From: Azolla caroliniana
Taxonomy: Eukaryota; Plantae; Polypodiophyta
Assembly: GCA_043228905.1 (NCBI GenBank)
Contig: JBHGNT010000013.1
Span: 8,556,001 to 8,620,000, forward strand
Reading direction: 5' to 3'
Length of the DNA stretch: 64,000 nt
Shown here: piece by piece, positions 1-11,400 of the stretch
How the letters are laid out: each line of letters starts with the position of its first letter
How positions within the stretch are numbered: the stretch's first letter is position 1
Notes under the pieces: generated by a model
Told to the model about the DNA's origin: nothing
The model's input: only the letters and a program-made list of their open reading frames with translations
Databases searched by the model: none
Program-made: the position numbers and the translations under genes

Positions 1-2062
1 CGTCCTAGTGATCCAGTATTTGATAATCAAAAACAGGTAATCTTGGGACCAACACGTTTGCACACAACGCGGATTTTTCACACTCCATTGGATTCCCAGA
101 TTATTGATGCCATACGTGCGAATTTGAAGACGGACAGTTTTGCTCAAGCCATTCTAACGCAAATTGATGCCTCTCGGGCATCATGTTCCCAGTCTGAACA
201 ACCAGGTATGGACTACCAACAATTTGAATATCATGATGGTTTATTATTCTTTAAAAAGCTCGTGTATGTTCCCGATTTCTCCTATCGCCTTCAAATGGTC
301 CAAAATTGTCACGACACCCATACAACTGGACATTTCGGTAGTACTAAGACGTTGGATCTAGTCCAACGATATTTTTGGTGACCCCATATGCGACGTTTTG
401 TCGACAACTACGTTCGGACCTGTGATGCTTGTTGCTGAGCAAAGATGTCACGACATCATCCATATGGCTTGTTGGAATCCTTACCAATTCCAAGTCATGG
501 CAATCCATTTTTCTTGATTTTATCACAGATCTTCTAGTCTCGAAGGGCTTCGATGCTATCTTAACCATCATTGACCGTTATACGAAGATGGCACATTTTG
601 TGCCTTGTACTAAGGCCATCACTAGTGAGGAAACCGCCGCCCTTGTCATGCATGAGGTTTATCGGCATCATGGCCTCCCAGACAATATCATCAGTGACCA
701 AGGACCACCATTCGTCTCCAAATTTTGGAAGCATCTCTTCAAGATGCTCAAGGTCTCTTGCAACCACTCCTCTGGCTATCATCCCCAAACTGATGGGCAA
801 GCGGAATGAACAAACTAAACGTTGGAACAATATCTTCGGTGTTTTCTAAGTTATCAACAGGACGATTGGGTTGATATTCTCCACTTTGCAAAGTTTGCTT
901 ATAATAGCACTATTCACTCCTCCACTCGGATCGCCACATTTTACACTTATACCAGTTCTCATCCTCGTTGGTCTGTGATCGACACTCCGAAGCTACCTAC
1001 CAATCCTCGTGCCAAGGATCATTTGGAGAGGCTATGCAAGATTCAAACGGATCTATCTACTCATCTTAGTCATGCTCAACACACACAGAAGACTTATACA
1101 GATCGTCATCGACTTCCCTCCTCTTTTGCCATCGGACATCGAGTATGGCTCTTGTGTCGTCACATCAAGACTACTCGACCATGTGACAAATTGGATTATC
1201 GACGACTCGATCCTTTCCGTATTACCGGCAAGATTAATGATGTCACGTTCCACCTTGATCTTCCTCCGCACCTTCAGATACATACGGTCTTCCATAGTTC
1301 TCTTCTCGAACCTTATCAAGCCAACAACATTATTCCTGATCGTGTTACACCGCCGCCGCCACCGCTTGAGTTGGACGTCGGCCCGGAGTATGAAGTTGTT
1401 GCCATCCTCAAATCCAAGATTGTTCGCAACAAACTTTATTATTTGGTCGATTGGCTCAGCTATAGTCTGAGTGAACGCACTTGGGAACCTGTCGAGCATG
1501 TCGCCAAAGCTCAGGATCTTCTTGCTGATTTCCAACGACAGTATCCGGATAAAAACCTGGTCCCCAATCAACACCGACTCGTAACACTCATCGTTTTAAC
1601 GGGGGAAAGTGTCATGATATGGCAAGACTCCAACCCATGACCTTATGTTATATAGGTCAAGCTCTTGACCATTACACTATCTATTGTAATACATAAAATA
1701 TTATTGTCATTTAAGTTTTAATATAGAAAATTAATGTATATTCCAGATTTCTCTGGAACATTTTAGAAGCTTCATGACTACACCTGAGAACACTATAAAA
1801 GGAGGCACAAGGCATTATTTCGAACCAAATTGGTTCAACGCCAGTCTTAAGCCTCATAGCTATATTGTATTTACTCTTCACATAATATATCATCTGTTAT
1901 CATCACTCTCTCTCAATCTTTCTCGCCCTCGCTATCTCTCTCTCTCTCTCTTCTTTTCTCTCTTCCTCTCTCGTGAGTCTTACATAGTCAGTCCTCTTAG
2001 TAGTAATAGTATTTCCCTTCTCTAGTACTGATTCTCTCTCTATTTTAGTAGTATTCCCAACA
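1..2062 (+). mobile_element. 3' part of a Ty3/gypsy chromovirus (Tcn1-like): degenerate integrase and chromodomain, PPT, 3' LTR 1610-2062
   Basis: ORF pieces contain HHCC (CHDTHTTGHFGSTKT), integrase core (IISDQGPPFVSKFW, HPQTDGQAE) and a chromodomain (YEVVAILKSKIVRNKLYYLVDW...TWEP), with stops and frameshifts. PPT GGGGGAAAG at 1601-1609, then TGTCA...AACA LTR. Inserted into the minus-strand copia that resumes at 2063. Confidence 0.9.
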
Positions 2063-2801
2063 CTCTCCTTTCAGTAGCTCCGTCAACTTATATGTATGGT
2101 TCTCAAGCAAGGAATCCATCTCATCCTGCATGCCACTCAAACACTTGTGGTTGTGGGTGTCTTTCTTTGCTTCTTCGAAGCTTTCCGGCTCCCCTTTATC
2201 TGTTAATAGCACATGCTCTGCATCCAGAAATCTCAGGGGGCTCTTCTCTCTCTTAGAGTATATATCCGTCCTTGATTTTGGACTATCGGTTCCTCCATTT
2301 GCTCCGAATCCGAATCTGATTCGGGGCTTTGCCCGGTTCCGGTGTCTTCTTCTTCTTCGTCTTCAGTCGGTTTGGTTTCTTGTCCAAATCCAGTCAGTTC
2401 ATCAAGTGTCATCTAGTTACCGGCTAACTTTTGGTTTTCGTTGGTTGATTCGGAGTCCATCATCTTCTTCTCCAACTCCCAGTCGGCAATGGTCTTGTCT
2501 TCCATGAAGACTATGTCCCGACTCCGGAACACCTTCTTGTCGACCAGATCCCACATTCGGTAACCGAACTCATCATCGCCGTATCCAAGGAATATGCATG
2601 GCCATGACTTCGGGTCCAACTTTGCTCTCTTGTCCTTTGTGACATGCACATATGCAAGACACTCGAACACCTTCAAATGTTGGTAAGACATGCCTGTACC
2701 GGTCCATACTCTTTGTGGTGTGTCTCCTTCCAAGGGTGTTGAGGGTGATCTGTTAATCACGTACGTTGCCGTCATCAGTGCGTTGGCTGAAAATGTCTTG
2801 G
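2063..2801 (-). mobile_element. Ty1/copia pol fragment (integrase C-terminus to RT N-terminus)
   Basis: ORF 2413-2775 (TATYVINRSPS...AKLDPKSWPCIFLGYGDDEFGYRMWD...SRDIVFMED) is nearly the same as the copia sequence at 39590-40320. Confidence 0.9.
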
Positions 2802-4508
2802 TGTTGTCCGCTAGACATGACGCATGGAAAATAGAGTATTATATTAGCAACGTTAAAGTAACGTGTGTAACGGTTTTACACAGGGAGCGTAACCGATTAG
2901 AAGCCTTGTGTATTTAAGGGGTGAGAGACCATTGTAAAGAGCTAGCGTATTTTGGGGAGTGTCATTTTAATATAGTTCTATCTTCTCTGTTCTTGGTATT
3001 TTGTTTACTAATCCCTTGTTCTAGTTCCTCGTTCTCTGTACAAGACTGCATAGTAGTAAGCGTAAGGTAAGTACGTGTTGTGTAACTACGCGTCATCGGA
3101 GGTTCGGTTGTAGCCGTCTCCATTGCGACTTACGAAGTACACTCACTACGCATCCCTATTCCCCTTGCACCACGATCACCTTGAAATCCACCCCAAAGGT
3201 CTGAGGGTGGACCGTGTTCCTAACCGGTAACACTTTTGGCACGCTTGGTGATCTGTGAATTCTCATAGTCAAGCACACAAGGAATGGATGTCTAGCCGCC
3301 GACGTATAAGAGAACTGACTCGACAATATCGACCACTAACTAGATCCATTACCCGACAGGTAGAGGAATGCGCTACACGGAAACCCCGCCTCTTTTCAGG
3401 AGTACACGGTAGACTCCACGCTCAGAAAACAGAGCGCCCTTGATCACGAAGTCTTATCGCACCACGACCAAAGAAGTGCGAACAAGCATCACAGTAGCCC
3501 ATACCACAGAAACACAAACCTCCCCTTGTTGATCGTCACCGTCACGGCCGGAATGGCTTTCTCATACCCCGTTTCAACGGAGAAACCGACGCTGTGAGCC
3601 ACCTACGGTCGTTCCTCAACGTATGGAATGCCAACCACCTAGCGCAGTGGTTTCTAGAGGCCGAAGCGTGAAATTATCGGAGGGTGCCGCAGCGTAAAAT
3701 TATCGGTCAGTTCTATACCGTCAAGCAACTTCCAAAAGAATCCATAGCGGATTTTAGTCTGCGTTTCAAGAGTTTACGGCGACAACTCACACAGGCCCCG
3801 ACAAACGAGGAGGTGAAGGAGACATTTTTGGCAGCCTTACGATGACCTATCAAGACAACGTTGACCACGCACAGTGTGAAAGAGGAGACGACGGATATGG
3901 TCATCGAGTGGGCGTTACAAGTCAAATTGGAGGAGGAAGATGAAGGCTTGTCCATGGCATCGCTCCAACAGGCGTTGCCTCAAGACGAGGAATATCGATT
4001 CCGCCAAGCCATTCAATGCACAATCTGCCTGAACTCAGGACACTCTGTAGTGGATTGTAACATGCAAATACATTGCCTCATTTGCCATTCACGGGCACAT
4101 ACGGTGGATCAGTGTGAGTATAATATGCTGAACAGACCCACTCCGACAATTCGCCGCATGGAACCCCAACGATAGTAGCGCCGTAACGACCAGGGCCGGC
4201 AGGACGAGCGTTACCGGAATACGGAATAACAGCCGAGGACAAAAAGATAGTTCCATAACCATCGTAACAACGACCCGTATTCCGACGAACAAGAGCAGGA
4301 TGATGAAGAGTACCGGAATAATGACCGCTACAATCAAGGGAAACGTCGTTATGGAGATCGACATCCTACCGACAATCGTGGAGGACCAGCTGGGTCTAGA
4401 CAGCCCGGCAGTAATCGCCAAACACAAGACTACCACCGTTACGAGGTGAGTTGAGAAGATGAACGATGGCCGGAGCCTCACTGGGAGTATCGCTAGAAAC
4501 CCTGAAAC

Positions 4509-6587
4509 TGTTACCGTACGAGATGTACAGGTGATTGATAAGTGTGATAAGTGAGGGTGAAAGATGTAATGCATTGATATGTATCTGTAATGTTATATGA
4601 TTATGAGAACCGCCAAACGACGAACGGAATGGGCCGAACAGTCGGAATGGTGAAGGAGTCGGGACGATCACCGTATTGTGGTGGCCAGACAACCAACGGC
4701 CGGAGCGGTGCCCGAACAGCAATGGCCGGAGTGGCGGTAACCGGATGCCCCTGACAAAGACAGTGGCATCGGCCTCACAGTAGCCGATAGTAGTAGTGGC
4801 CGAACAACGGCCAGAACAGCCACGGTTAGACAGTGGACGAAGAGCGGGCGGACTGGCCAGACAGAAGCCGGAGCGGCCGGAGTGATAGGAGAGCGGCGAG
4901 AGTGGCTGCAATGGCAGAACATTGGTTAGAGTGGCCGAACAACACCAGAACGGAGACAGCCGGACTAGACAAACGAACGACACCGAACAACGACTATGAT
5001 GGAGAACGACCGGAGCGGTTGGACAAACGAACGGGACGAGGACGAGAGAAACAGATAGACGAAGAGTCAAAATTAACGAACAATCGGATAAATGACCGAC
5101 AAAGACTGACAACGGCCAAATAAACGGCCAGTTCAACAGAGGCCAAACCGACGACCAGAAGGCAGAGAGGTAGTCGGACAAGGCCGAAACAGTGGGGCGG
5201 AAAGCGGCCGAACAACGGAAATGCAGCAGTCAGAGTGGCGGCCGGATAGCAGAACGCCAACAAAGATGGACGACAACGGTGATGGTGATGGACAACAATA
5301 GTGACAAAGATGGACGAAGCAACAGAGATGGATGAGAAACCAAACAGAGAAAACAGAAAGAAGAAGAAGAAGAAGAAAGAGAAGAAGCATCGGAACAAGT
5401 ACATAAGAGAAGTAGACTACCTTGGAGTACACCTTTGGCAATGTTGAAAATACATTGTGCTATATGTTTGACAAAATCTTTCTTTCTTACATCCACGTCA
5501 AAAGGAGGGTCCACAATTTGAATCACGTATTTGAATTCTGACCGAAGTGAGTTGATCGAAGAAAGAGAGGACGAAGACAACGAAGATGCAACGACAAGAG
5601 AGAAAACATGAGAAGCAAAGAAGAGAGAAGAAGACAAATACATAAGGGAAGGTAAAAAGAACCTAAAAGCAAAAGAGAGGGAAAAAGATAAAATAGGGGT
5701 ATGAGACGAATTTCGGAAACATGAGGGTAGACCAACAAATTTCATAAATATAAGGGTACATAATTTAAAAAATTAAAAATCAAATGGCACCTACAAAATT
5801 TTGAAAACTCATCAACCTAAAAGAAATGGACGCGATCGACACACAAATCACAAAATCAACAAAAGGAAGATACACATACACAACGTTTTTGGACCCATGA
5901 TATCAATGTTTGTGAACCGACAGAACGGGAATGTTCATGTCGATGAAGTCGTTGACCGAAGGAGATGTTCGAGTCAAGCGCTCCGATCGAGGGAGTCAAT
6001 CGTTGAGACGACCGATGGAAATTCTAGTCGAAGAAAGATTATGATCAAGGCATGTGGGATCGACGTACAAGGCACTCTCCCACGAGCGTGCCATATTGTG
6101 TTACCATACGAGATGTATGGGTGATTGATAAGTGTGATAAGTGAGGGTGAAAGATGTAATGCATTGATATGTATGTGTAATGTTATACGATTATGAGTGT
6201 GAATGTAAGTGTGAGTGTGGTGGATACAAAGAGGTGTGAGTGAGTGACTAGGTGTGAATGCCCAAGGGGACTTGCACCCTTGTGTATCTACCCTTTTGTA
6301 ACTATTTAACCCCCCTTATGGGAAATGAATGAATACAAGGAACATTTCTCCCTCAATCTCTCTCTTGTCATTTCTCTCTTTCTCTCGCCCCCCTTACGTT
6401 GAACCCCCTTGGGAGGGGGGTGGAGCCATTCTAGGCACCACCCCCCACCCCTCAATGCTTGTCTTGTTCTTCATGTTCCCTCTCACCATCATACCATTCA
6501 TCATCTCCACCATTACACCATGTCTATCTTCATCATGAATCATCATCATTATCATAAATATTAACCCTAACCCTAAAACCTTGAACA
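4509..6587 (+). mobile_element. Nested non-coding LTR element: truncated left LTR (4509-~4607), low-complexity purine-rich internal region, complete right LTR 6099-6587
   Basis: TGTTACC(G/A)TACGAGATGTA... occurs at 4509 and 6099; element ends GAACA at 6587; TSD GAAAC at 4504-4508 and 6588-6592. Orientation inferred from a TATA-like CTATTTAA followed by a CT-rich tract. Confidence 0.8.
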
Positions 6588-7666
6588 GAAACCACAAACG
6601 ACTCGAGCAGACACAGGAAGAACAACCCACACCCCAGGAAACCACTACACCACAAGTAATGGAGAAAGACGAATCCAACGTACATTGCTTCATTTGCCAA
6701 CAGTCATGCCATTACGCGATGCAATGCCCCCAACGTAACAAAGGCAAAGGACCAGTTGTAAATACCATCACGGTAGATGTCCAACAAGTCACTACACACA
6801 GTCAAGAGAAAAACACAAATTGGACAGAACAGGACGACATACACAAGGCGGCTTAGGCTTGGGTAGAGAAAGCAAACGCGGCTAACACGGAGCGAATGAA
6901 GCAAGAATCGGTGAGCATCAGTACGCAGAAAGAAGACGACACATTATCACCGGACTCGATATAGCAAATATTGGCGGATCGCGACATAGAGTTGACCATG
7001 GATAAGCGTCTCCGATTGGTTCCACGTTTCCAACAAGCGGTAGAAAATCAGGTGCAGGGCACGACCAGATTAGAAATCTCGACCAATTTCGTAGAAGTTA
7101 ATACCGGCCCAGCAGTGGTAGATCAACACAACCCGGCCATCAAAATAGTCTTGTGGAGCCAAGAAATATCTAGTTGCATCGTTGATGGAGGCTCTGGCAT
7201 AATGTTATCAGCACAACCACGTGTACTCAATTGGGCATTACAGATTGGGACGCATGCCCCTTCTGGCTCCGTATGGCCGACATCCGTTCCGTGAGACCCC
7301 TCGGGTTAATTCAGACACTAGGAATTATAATTGGGGGCCATCACTTTGACATTTCTGCAGTAGTACTCGCCTTGGATGCCCCGAGGACATACCCAATTTT
7401 GTTAAGCAAACCATGGCTACACTCTGCCAACATCAAGCAGAATTGGCAATATAATTGCATCAGTTTCCGACGTGGCCGAAGTAAAGTCCGCATACCTATG
7501 CAAGAAATGGTGACACCAACCAAAGGCATAACACCATTATACGCTGAAGATATTAATATGTTGGAGGGTTTGGAAGATACAGAGCTCGAAGCTTACCTCG
7601 ACGAAAACCCACAAATAGTACCGCTATTCGAGATCGACATACTCAAAACCACTTCGGGGTACACCC

Positions 7667-8204
7667 CAGCAAGCACGCTTCAAGAAGAGGACTACGAGCT
7701 TGATCCTACGTAGATATTGGAGTTAAGCAGGGCACGAGAAGCATTCGAAAAAGAAATGGAAATCTCGCGTAGAATCACCGCTTCTGCATTGGAAGAAATC
7801 AATATCGGAACCACGACTACTCTCAATCACTAAAGACCTAGCCCCAAGTGAGAAGACAATCATGACAAAATTGCTTCGGGAGTATAAGGATGTTTTCACA
7901 TGGTCACACGAGGACATGAAAGGGTTGGACAGCAAGCACGCTTCAAGAAGAGGACTACGAGCTTGATCCTACCTCGATATTGGAGTTAAGTTGGGCACGA
8001 GAAGTGTTCAAAAGAGAAATGGAAATCTCACGTAGAATCTCCGCTTCTGCATTGGAAGAAATCAATATCAGAACCACGGCAGTACCACGACTACTCTCAA
8101 TCGCTAAAGACTTGGCCCCAAGTGAGAAGACAATCATGACATAATTGCTCCGGGAATATAAGGATGTTTTCGTATGGTCACTCAAGAACATGAAAGGGTT
8201 GGAC
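7667..8204 (+). repeat. Tandem duplication of ~265-275 bp inside the Tat-like pol
   Basis: CAGCAAGCACGCTTCAAGAAGAGGACTACGAGCTTGATCCTAC starts at 7667 and 7930; both copies end GAAAGGGTTGGAC; copy 1 lacks ~11 nt. Confidence 0.9.
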
Positions 8205-8299
8205 CCAAAACTTTATCAGCATAAGATCAACTTGTCCACCGATGCGAAACCTGTGCAACAGCAACGATACCGCATGAACCCGAATTACGCGACTCACGT

Positions 8300-8437
8300 T
8301 GTCGTAGTGTAATTCGCACACTACGTGAAATATGTTAAAAATATATCTGATTGTAGTACGCATAAATAAATAAAAGAAAATATTAAAAATATTGTTACAT
8401 GCATAGGGCAAGATTCGAACCCTGTACCTCCATGTTT
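8300..8437 (+). mobile_element. Truncated LTR (U3 end) related to the 33517-37037 family
   Basis: TGTCGTAGTGT...CACTACGTGAAA...CATGCATAGGGCAAGATTCGAACC..TGTACCTCCATGTT matches the reverse complement of 34110-34246. Confidence 0.8.
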
Positions 8438-9930
8438 ATGGATCCGAGATCATCGGCCTTGTATGATGAGAAGTATTTCCCATCTTTATGGATCCGAGAT
8501 CATCAGCCTTGTACAATGAAAAGCATTTCCGATCAAGGGTTAGGTGAAATGATGCACCCGAATCGACCACCCATGTCGATTCATCGCCGACAAGGTTCAC
8601 TTTGTTCTGCTCACTAATGAGCATCAACTCCTCCTCACTTGTCGCGATCGCTGAGGAGTTCCAGCTTTCCGGAAAAAAAATTGATTGCACACCATCGGCT
8701 CCCCTTTTTTCCTTTCGGAAATGTCGGCAATTCTTTTGAAAGTGCCGCGGCTTCCCACAATAGAAGCACTTGAGCCTTCCTCTCGACTTCGACCTCGTCC
8801 TCGATTTGTCCCGGCTTTGGGAACTCCGATACCAGCCTCTTCCCCGGTTGTGGTCATCTTCCATAACCAAGGCCTTCGGATCGGGTCCGGACTCCCGGTC
8901 CTTTCGGTGAGCTGCTTCATCTAGCAAGCTTGATTTGACTTCCAACGAGGTTGCCTGGTTTATCAGTCCCTGGAAGGCATTCATGTGCTCCACCATATAG
9001 AGTCGTCTTGGTATCAGAGCCTCACTAGCTTCGTGAATACCGAAACCCGATTAATAGCATTCATGTTTTGGAACATGCTGTTGATCTTCTCCCAGAGTTC
9101 ATGAGCCTTACTTTCTTCATTGAAGTTGTTGTACAGGCTCATGTCCATGAAGCATCAGATGTATGTCTTCGTCTTCATGTGCATCACCTCCCACATTGTG
9201 GCGTCGATCTTATCCGGTCTTTTGTCCCCGAACTGAACCGGCAACCAAAGATCTTTAACCACCAGCGTATCCCTCATCTTCGACTTCCACACTGAGTAGT
9301 TGGAGCCAGTGAGCTTGAACATGCCGTAGAAAAATTCTTCCATTTCCTGTGTTATTCGCTCTGATACCACTTTGTCGAGAATCGTGATCGGCCACAACCG
9401 ACTTCTCGTTCTGATGTTCGGGTGTAGGGAACGTAAAATAGAATGCGCTCAGACAGAGTACAAAAACAGAAATAGCACAAGAGACAGAAACACACAATTT
9501 TAACGTGGAAACCCGAAATGGGAAAACCACGGGGGTCCACAAATCCCAAGAAACAGAATCACTATGCAAACAAGAGGAGTACAACTAGAAGCTCCGAGGC
9601 AACGACCTCGAGATTCTACTTCATCAACAGACGGCTATAGAGTTACATGCGCTCTCACTCTCACTCGCTTATTGTTACACAGTTACAAAGGCAACAACCT
9701 TCTGATTTTCCTTTTGACAATCGCTCCCTGGTTCTATTATGATTGCCCTAAGTACTTAATAATACTAGTACACCTTTTGGGTTATTTACAAGTGTAGCCC
9801 ATAAGGGCATATTTAGACTATTTACAAGTATAGTCTTCTGAGTTGGTTGTCTACACGATTTCGGTTTCGGCCGAGTTCCTCATCATCTTGGCTCTTCTCT
9901 TCCCATTCGGAGGGACCTGTTTCCTAACCA
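8438..9930 (-). mobile_element. Ty1/copia 5' part: 5' LTR (~9373-9930), tRNA-iMet PBS, degenerate gag-protease
   Basis: PBS TGGTATCAGAGC at 9358-9369 (minus); MFKLTGSNYSVWKSKMRD; zinc knuckle CFYCGKPRHFQKNC; protease WVVDSGASFH. Same family as 37132-41820. A small duplication sits at ~8438-8535. Confidence 0.88.
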
Positions 9931-10399
9931 ACTCCTCTCTGTCTCGGTACTATTCTTGACACTACCTTTCTCTCTCTCTCTCTCATAGACACATTTCTTC
10001 CGTTGCACAAAATCATACACGTGATTCTTTACAGTCAATCTAACCAAATAGAACAATGTATGTCATTAGAGCATGTTTACATATCAATGACTGGTTTTTT
10101 AGATTCAATATTGTGTCCTCAAGGATTTGAGGCTATCGTCCATAATTATAAATGTGTCATGGGTATATATGTTTGGACTATGGACCTTCTACATTTAGGT
10201 GGTGTCCAAAAGAGTTGAGTAGTGAAATTTTATTTTAATTCAGGCCATTAAGTTGTTTGAAAATGTTGAGAGAACTTATGAAGGCAAGGTGTGTAAACAA
10301 AATCTTGCATAAACCAAGGGATTTATTGTCTCTTTTTTACTTTCAAGGAGCAAAATGAAATTCAATCAATGGATTGATGGTTAGTACATGTAATAATTT

Positions 10400-11400
10400 T
10401 TGTTTATATAACTTATTATCCAATTTCTGGTGATGTAAAAAAATTAATTTATTTCTTTATATCTGATTATAAGATGCATGATACCTTGTTTGTCCACCAT
10501 TGTTTTAAATTACATTGGAAATGGTTGTTACATCAACATTTGGTTTGGTTTGATGGACCTACATCACAAATCAAGGCTAAACAATCATTCTACTTTATTG
10601 GGAGGTATCCTTCTAAAACAAGATTGGAAATGAGATAGAACTTTTTCGGGTTTGACCATGGAAAAGGTGAACATGATGGAGTATTATAGGTGTAGTTATA
10701 AAGCGAGCACTTACTCATGACCAACTAAAGGTCGATGGTATGCGTATGACTTGTGCCACTCATGTAGTAGATTATTTAATACCTAATATGTCATCTAGTG
10801 TAATCGATTTTTACTCCTCACAAGTTTGAGATATCAAACATGTATTGTGGGACATGAGGATAGATAAAGTAAACAGAGAGAACACATGGGAGTGCCAAGG
10901 AATTCCTAAATTGTGATCTCTCCACTTTGTTCGTGGGTATTTTATGAATGAGGATCATTGTATTGCAATTAGAGAATTGACAAGTTTTTGCTACCATTCT
11001 GTCCAAGAAAATTGGAGGCAATGTCCAAACAAATCATATATTCATAATACGATATACCATACATACATTGATGAACAAGAAAGAAATTGAAGCAAAGCTA
11101 GAAAACGTGCATGAGGAGTTCAGATATCAAGGATTTGGAGATACTCTAAGTGATGTCATATATATTGGTAATAATTTCATTGTAAATGCTAAAGATGGAA
11201 ATTCAAATGGTGTTGATTTTTACTTATTGAGCTGCATAGTTTGTAAACAATGTGCAACTCACAATATTGTAGATGCTTGGGAAAATGTTGTATTTATTGG
11301 GACATTCTACATTGAAGGTACTTTTTTTAATAAGTGTTCGTTTATTGGAATGTTACTAAATTACATCACTTAATAAATTGAGGCTATGATTGTTCTACAA
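10400..11400 (+). mobile_element. Degenerate DDE DNA-transposase remnant, Sola2-like
   Basis: Manual translation from ~10450: FFISDYKMHDTLFVHHCFKLHWKWL..HLVWFDGPTSQIK...RYP...*NFFGFDHGKGEHDG..VVIKRALT. This resembles the W-SDG..Q.K / WNFF..HGKG..DG motifs I recall for Sola2-type transposases. Boundaries approximate. Confidence 0.55.

Larger units (their letters stand above)
2802..8299 (+). mobile_element. Non-chromovirus Ty3/gypsy (Tat-like) element, 5' part: LTR 2802-3232, tRNA-Arg-type PBS, degenerate gag, protease and start of RT; interrupted at 4509-6587 and cut at 8300
   Basis: LTR TGTTGTCCG...GGTAACA; PBS TGGCACGCTTGGTG at 3237-3250; twin zinc knuckles CTICLNSGHSVVDC and CLICHSRAHTVDQC; protease IVDGGSG; pre-RT KPVQQQRYRMNP. 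Same family as 42774-47479. Confidence 0.85.

Noticed and set aside
4396-5745. Several 100-260 aa ORFs on both strands
   Set aside because: Low-complexity GGCCGAAC- and AAG-rich internal TE sequence with few stop codons and no recognisable domain.
6562-6580. Telomere-like AACCCTAACCCTAAAACC
   Set aside because: Only 2-3 units inside an LTR; a common telo-box-like motif, not an interstitial telomere.
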